From Pavona decussata (taxonomy: Eukaryota), in assembly GCA_977016875.1 (NCBI GenBank), contig CDRNST010000104.1:4836001-4900000 (forward strand): a DNA stretch of 64,000 nucleotides. The letters are read 5' to 3'. This document shows, in pieces, positions 58,701 through 64,000 of this stretch. The position numbers and the translations under genes are program-made. The stretch's first letter is position 1; each line of letters starts with the position of its first letter. Under the pieces are notes generated by a model that was given only the letters and a program-made list of their open reading frames with translations, was not told the origin of the DNA and ran no database searches.

Positions 58701-59695
58701 GACAAAAAGGCCTGTTTTATATTAAGTACCCCAAATTCAGGGTTAGGTGCATTTCTGGACGAAAGAGACCTTGTCCCCTTTCATGTTTTACCAAAAACTT
58801 CATTTCATAATTTTCATTTAAATTTCATTCTAAAAGCCAAGATTGGAAAAGGTGTATCAAGCTGTGCCAATTATATGCAGCAAAAAAATAACTTTACATG
58901 TAAATGATGTGTTTTCATTTTATTTGCAGATTCAGTACATTGAAACCAGCGCTAAACAGAAAACCAATGTTGATCAGGCATTTCATGACCTTGTAAGAGC
59001 TATCAGGTATGAAAGACATACAGTTCTGTGTAACATTCTATCATTAAGTGTGTAGAGGTGGTAGTCTGCGACATTAAAAGCAAAACATTTTCTGTAAACT
59101 TCATTCAATCTGCCACCTCCCTGGTCAGTTTTTTGTAAGAGTCGGATGAGCATTGAGGAATTTTGCATAAAAGTGAGACGTCAGTCAGTGAAACTCGGTT
59201 TGTGGCAGAGAAAAGTGTGGGAATATTTTTGACCGGAACGACATTGTGCATGGGTTAGTTCACCTGATGTTTGACCAGGTCCATAATCCAAGAGTTACCT
59301 CTTTTGTTAAATGACAAAATATACGGAAATCAGAGCTAAGCTTAAAGCCTGGTTTTCACTAAGACATAAGCATAAGAATAATCTGCAACATAAGTGTAGG
59401 CACAAGAAGAATGAAAATGTTCGTTCTTCTTGTGCGTATGCTTATGTCACAGTTTTCACTTATGAGAACGGGGGCGACATAAACATAAGGCAGTCAACCG
59501 TATTGTTGGCCATCTTGCGTAACACTGGGGGGAGCTGGTATCAAGAATTCCGTCAGGAAATGGTTTTCTGTGCTCGCGACTGCCTTTATGCTTTTGTAGT
59601 TAGTGTTCTCATTTGCTTGTCTTTATGCTTATGCTTATGCTTATGCTTATGCTTATGCTTATGCTTATGCTTATGCTTATGCTTATGTTTAGATT

Positions 59696-59730
<35 letters not shown>

Positions 59731-60532
59731 AGATAAGATAAGATAAGATAAGATAAGATAAGATAAAATAAGATAAGATAAGATAAGATAATTTATTAAA
59801 TGTCAGATACACAGGGGGTGATCTCCCAGTCCCCCGAGCCATTGGCTCATGATAAAAGTGTTTGACAATATAAAAGAAGCTAATATCGTCAATAGCTACT
59901 GATTAAATTAAAAAATAACATCTATCTATAAAGATAAATAAAAATAAATCAGGTCAAAGGCAATTGCTGCATTGACAGCCAATAAATTAATTTAACTTAG
60001 TTAAAAGTCTCCGAAAGGATGGTGCATTAGGTGCGTTTTTTACAGCATATGGCAACTGGTTCCAGGCATGTGAGATCATGTATGCATATGAGCCATGAAG
60101 GAATCTACTATTGTATGAAGTTTGTACAACATTTAGACCATTGCTTCTAAGATTATATGGTGTAACTCAGGGTTTGAATAAATTGACTACATAGCCTAGT
60201 AAATGTATATCCTAGTGAAAGCCAGCCTATAGTGCAAGTCATACATGAGTCGCACTTAAGGCTGGCTTTCGCTACATCTAGGCCACTTTGTGACGTGTTA
60301 AACCATGCCTATGAGGCATGAGTGGATGATCTTTAAAATGGCTTTTTTGTATGCCTTTTTTCACTTTTTCAAAGTCTATAATAATATAATGGTTACACAT
60401 AAGTTAAATGCACTTAAGACAAGCCGTTCAGTTTGTACACATGTACATTTATTCCTTTGCAGGAAATTTTACACCCAGCAGGAGGAACAAAAAGGGAAAC
60501 CCGGCAAGAAATCCAAATGCTTAATATTGTGA
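49703..60532 (+). CDS. RRAS2: R-Ras2/TC21-like small GTPase; exons 49703-49886, 53598-53620, 54573-54652, 54789-54842, 55518-55575, 57007-57048, 58930-59006, 60463-60532
   Basis: [117 protein letters not shown] (polybasic + CaaL). Confidence 0.93.
51500..52160. mobile_element. Kolobok-like TTAA MITE copy 3 (reverse), with nested Harbinger-like MITE at ~51745-51986
   Basis: Homology to copy 1. The insert has GGCCCCAGTTGTTCAAAGGCC / GGCCTTTGAACAACTGGACC termini flanked by CAG. Confidence 0.72.
52231..52303 (-). pseudogene. tRNA-like (Thr-AGT-like) cloverleaf embedded in an interspersed repeat
   Basis: Minus strand TCTCCTG TA GCTCAGTGGTAGAGC A TCCAA ACTAGTAA TCGGA AGGTC TTAGGTTCGACTCCTGA TAGGAGCA. 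A and B boxes intact, 8-nt anticodon loop. A degraded sibling lies at about 51410-51497. Confidence 0.65.
55119..55475. mobile_element. Full-length palindromic MITE (family of 14305 and 17604)
   Basis: TTGAAAGGCTCGGAGCATAACCAACCTATGTC / GACATAGGTCAGTTCTGCTCTGAACCCTTCAA with long inverted arms. Confidence 0.8.
55817..56856. mobile_element. Kolobok-like TTAA MITE copy 4, with nested Helentron-like element
   Basis: TTAAGGACGGTGCTTAC ... GGCCATCCTTAA; homology to copy 1 resumes on both sides of the insert. Confidence 0.75.
55938..56562 (+). mobile_element. Non-autonomous Helentron/DINE-1-like element
   Basis: Subterminal inverted repeats CCTCGCGAAGC (55938) / GCTTCGCGAGG (56528), 5' hairpin GGGCCGAAGGCCC, internal TA/TATG microsatellite, short 3' stem-loop and TTTCTAGT end, inserted in a T-run. 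Confidence 0.65.
57228..57445. mobile_element. Harbinger-like MITE (GGCCCAGTT..AACTGGCCC)
   Basis: CAG-GGCCCAGTTCAAAG ... CTTTCAAACAACTGGCCC-CAG. Confidence 0.55.
58007..58245. mobile_element. Harbinger-like MITE, CAG-flanked
   Basis: GGGCCCGTTTCTCGAAAGTCCCGGTAACTTACCGGGCC / GGCCCGGTAAGTTACCGGGACTTTAGAGAAACGTGCCC. Confidence 0.8.
59343..60230. mobile_element. MITE with (TTATGC)n array, interrupted by a 5'-truncated LINE
   Basis: AAGCCTGGTTTTCACTAAGACATAAG ... TCCTAGTGAAAGCCAGCCT inverted ends; (TTATGC)n at 59623-59686. Confidence 0.65.
59690..60195 (-). mobile_element. 5'-truncated LINE (CR1/L2 group) 3' end with (TTATC)n tail
   Basis: Minus-strand [48 protein letters not shown]; (AGATA)n at about 59700-59790. 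Confidence 0.75.
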
Positions 60533-63500
60533 CGGAGATTACTTCTCCTGTTAGGACTTTATTGTTGAAATGTTTATTTTAGAGTGTGAAATGATTTGAA
60601 TAGTGTCAAATTCCAAACTTTGATATTGCCTGCATGGCCACAAACAGACAAGTGCTTGTCAACAAACTATTATAGTGATTCAAGTTATTTTTGTACAAAT
60701 CCTGTATGTCATACGGTCTCTATTGTAGAGGTTCTTTTGGCTTGTCATGCAGTCGACCAGGAAAAGACTGCACGACAAAGAAAATGAATTTCTGCAGTGG
60801 ATGGTACATTTGATATCAAAAAGAAGCATAGTAGTTAAGCAAAAGTTTCAATGTTAAAAGAAATTTCTCATCTTTGCATATTTAGTATTATGTAGACATG
60901 TTTTTTTAGTTAACAGTTAAAAGTGTATTTATCAAAGGGTAACAAACATTTTCTTATTCAGTATACTAAATATAATATGCAGTGCTCATCCAAGGCAGTA
61001 CTGGGTGAGTAGAATGGTTAAAAGATCTTGTTCACGCTACTGTAGTTGATTTTGTTACTGTTGATTTCGTTGCTATGCAACCTTCAAAATTGAAACCCAG
61101 TTAGCAATAGTCTTCCGTCAATCAAGCATACCATACCTTATAAGGAAGAAGTGAACTGACTCGCTGTTATGGCCCTCGACAGAATGATAGATTATTAGTG
61201 TCCGTTGCGAGACCAAAAGTTTTGAAAACCCATGTTGAACAAAAGGCTTGAAGAATAGTCCAGGGACGATGCGTTCCGGAAGAGAAACACAAAGTCAACT
61301 GATAACGATGTTGCAATTCAAGACCAACGCAACAGAAAATCAAAGCAGTTTTTATCCCGAAACTCAGTTCAGTGTCAAAGCACTACTTTGCTGAACTCCA
61401 CAAGGCTGCTGCCTGCAGATTCTTGAAGTAAATAAACTGTACTTCAAATAATGGGCGAAGATTAGTTTCTTCCCGACTTTTTTGCTGAGGTGACAACATA
61501 GAGTATGAGTCTGTAAGTTGATTTCTCTGCTTTGTACTCAAAATCCACCAACCACTTGCAAACAGAGATTATCTCTCAACACCAATAGCATGTTCAGTGA
61601 GCTGACCTTTAGTACTTAATGGATCTTTACCTCCTTAGGAAATAAATCCATTGCCATTTTCAAATGCAAAATCCCCACAAAAAAACAACGACTGGAGGTC
61701 AATGTAGCTATGTTCAATGCATGAGGCAATATTTCGCTGGCAATCGTATTCCGTATGAAGCACTGGTGCTGTTTGATTGGCGGAAGTCCATGGCCACACA
61801 AGTTTTGTCTTCGAAGGTCTTGTTGTAGTGAAATCAATGGTGAATTCTAATGTTCTTAAAATTATCAAATAATTCATAAGGGTCAAAAGCGAACAAAACA
61901 CTGCACTCAAATTTCACATTACTTCTAAATCTGAATGCTTTGGAATCACTAGTTCACAGTGACGCCTAGTCTTCTGCCGTTTGGGGGGGGGGGGGGCGTC
62001 ACGCAATGCTCCCTTTGGGGGAAGAACATCGCGTGACAGGAGAAACATTGCGTGACGACCAAAGAAGTCTGTCCGAAAAACTCCTTTGCGACATCTTTGG
62101 TACCTCTCAAAGGAACATAGGCAAAGGAGAAAAAAGGGTGTAAAAAATGCACCTTTATTTATATTTAGGTCGCTCTTTTTACAAAACAAAATGTGTCCCA
62201 AGGGAGTTTTTTTGCACGCTGAGTCGACTGGGAGCATCCAAATGTGAAATTACCAACCTTTCAATATACTCAGCACTGCTGATAGGAGACTTCAGTGAAG
62301 CCAAGCAGCAACAAATTTCATTTGCCCAAACGAAGAACATAACTCTTATATTTTTAGGGAAATGTTTTTCACCCGAAGGTCATTTAGCTGTGAGTGGAGT
62401 GCTGGTCACAGAGAGTAGACTTTGTTTCACTGATTTAGACAACATTGTATTACTAATTATCAATTACTACAGTAACGGTTTGTTCTAAAATACATAAATA
62501 TAATATTTTTTTAAGATTAATTGATTGCTGAGTTAGACTGGGTGTAAATTGACCGTTGAAGTTAATTATGATCGCTTTGATTTGGGGTTCTTTGCTGACT
62601 TTAGCCTTGCACTATATGACCACACAAAACATAAATGAGACAGTGCTAGCAAATTTTATTTTTGCAAATTGTCAAACAAAAAAACAGTACCACAGGAAGG
62701 TACTGCTCAGTAGCTTTCAGTTTGATGGTTGGTCTGAAGATATTTAGAATGTCGTTTGCGGTAAACGGTAGAAATGACCACGTGACTATGATTATCGATT
62801 GAGTTTCAAATCAAAATCAAAAAAACTTTGTCGCTCGCCGTTTTCAGTTTCTTAAAAAAAATCGGTAATTTTGCATTAGCACAAAAGGCCAGAATTATAT
62901 TGCACTTTTGTCATCTACGTACTAATTTTTTTCAAGAAAACAAAAACGCGAATCTCACGTTTGCCATGAACGCGATTCTAGATCTCTTTATTATTTCGTG
63001 AGTAGGGAGTTAGCTCTGAAGCAGAACCAGGAATTCATTATTTTTTTTAATATGAGTGGTCCAAATATTACCTTTCAAACAGCAGACACCAAGGCTATGT
63101 CCACATTTTATTGGTAACAAACTTTCATGGTTACGAACTTCTCCGGTTCAGGTTGGATCCTATCAAAAGTAACACGTTATACAAATCCTGCAAGGTGTTC
63201 ACACTGCACCAGTACAGATTTGAGACCGACAGGTCCAAAACTGTTGCTGTTTCTGTAGGAGTAGGTCTAAAACTTGCAGGGTTATAAGATCTGAATACTG
63301 GATGTAGTTGTACAGTATGAAAAGGGCCGGGGCTACTGACATTCATTTTGCATGCAAGATTAAAGTATATTTCGAAGAGATCTTTGAAACTTTGTTCTTT
63401 TGAGTTAGACTTCGAGCACGTCCTCGTTTCTGCGAAGGATCACTGTCATGCGAACGATCACGTGATCGAGTACAAAAATGACAACCCGCGAGGAGCGCGC

Positions 63501-63609
63501 GTTGCGGCCTCTCGTGGAAGGTGATTTTTGCGCACTCTCGCGTGTTATGCGCACTCGCGTGTAGGACTAGTTCCGATCCGCCATCCTGTACCTGCCCTCA
63601 TTTACGATC

Positions 63610-63641
63610 CTTTTTATTTATTTATTTATTTATTTATTTGT

Positions 63642-63680
<39 letters not shown>

Positions 63681-63780
63681 TTTGTTGTTTGCGTTCCTTT
63701 TGCTTTTATTTTGTTCTGTGTTTTGTTTGTTTGTTTTGTTTTGTTTTGTTTTTTGTTGTTGTTGTTGTTGTTGTTGGTTT
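63610..63780. repeat. Compound microsatellite (TTTA)n/(TTTG)n/(TTG)n
   Basis: Directly visible tandem units. Confidence 0.9.
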
Positions 63781-64000
63781 TTTAAAGTATCACGCAAATT
63801 TGCTGTCATTCAAAACCCAAAAATGTTTGTCTGTCAGCAGAAACAACGAAATAATTGTCAAGTTTGTTATAAATTATCATCCCAGTGCAATAAACTGTCG
63901 ATTAGTGCCTCTGGCAAGAGACAAAGTAGGTCGGAATGGATTGAAACTTGAAAAATGTTAGGCTAATGTTTTTCAAGTTCTCGCATTTTTTTTCCAAAAT

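Noticed and set aside
59311-59697. ORF ending in (CL)n
   Set aside because: Translation of the (TTATGC)n repeat in a MITE.
63521-63961. Hydrophobic ORFs resembling membrane proteins
   Set aside because: Translations of (TTTA)n/(TTG)n microsatellites.

Overview
This is a eukaryotic, AT-rich, intron-rich genomic window. The repeat families suggest a stony coral, possibly Porites (inference). Seven genes can be reconstructed by splicing: the 3' end of Nup37 (+); an ELAV-family three-RRM protein with Sex-lethal-like residues and an intronless CDS (-); germ cell-less/GMCL1 (+, 9 exons), head-to-head with the Sxl-like gene across about 250 bp; an intronless rhodanese + dual-specificity phosphatase of the STYXL1/MK-STYX type that keeps an intact catalytic HCxxGxSRS motif (+); ACAD8 (+, 15 exons); Wee1 (-); and R-Ras2-like (+, 8 exons). 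Introns are packed with small non-autonomous transposons, often nested. These include TTAA-flanked Kolobok-like elements, 9-bp-TSD TAGCC..GGCTA hairpins, hAT-like elements with 5- or 6-bp TSDs, Harbinger-like MITEs, a Helentron-like element, a non-coding LTR element with mismatched U3 regions, SINEs and LINE fragments. The best leads are the Sxl-like/gcl bidirectional pair, the catalytically intact STYXL1-like phosphatase, and a strong excess of the TACATGTA octamer with direct evidence that it is an inserted excision footprint. All homology calls are from recalled family motifs, not database searches.
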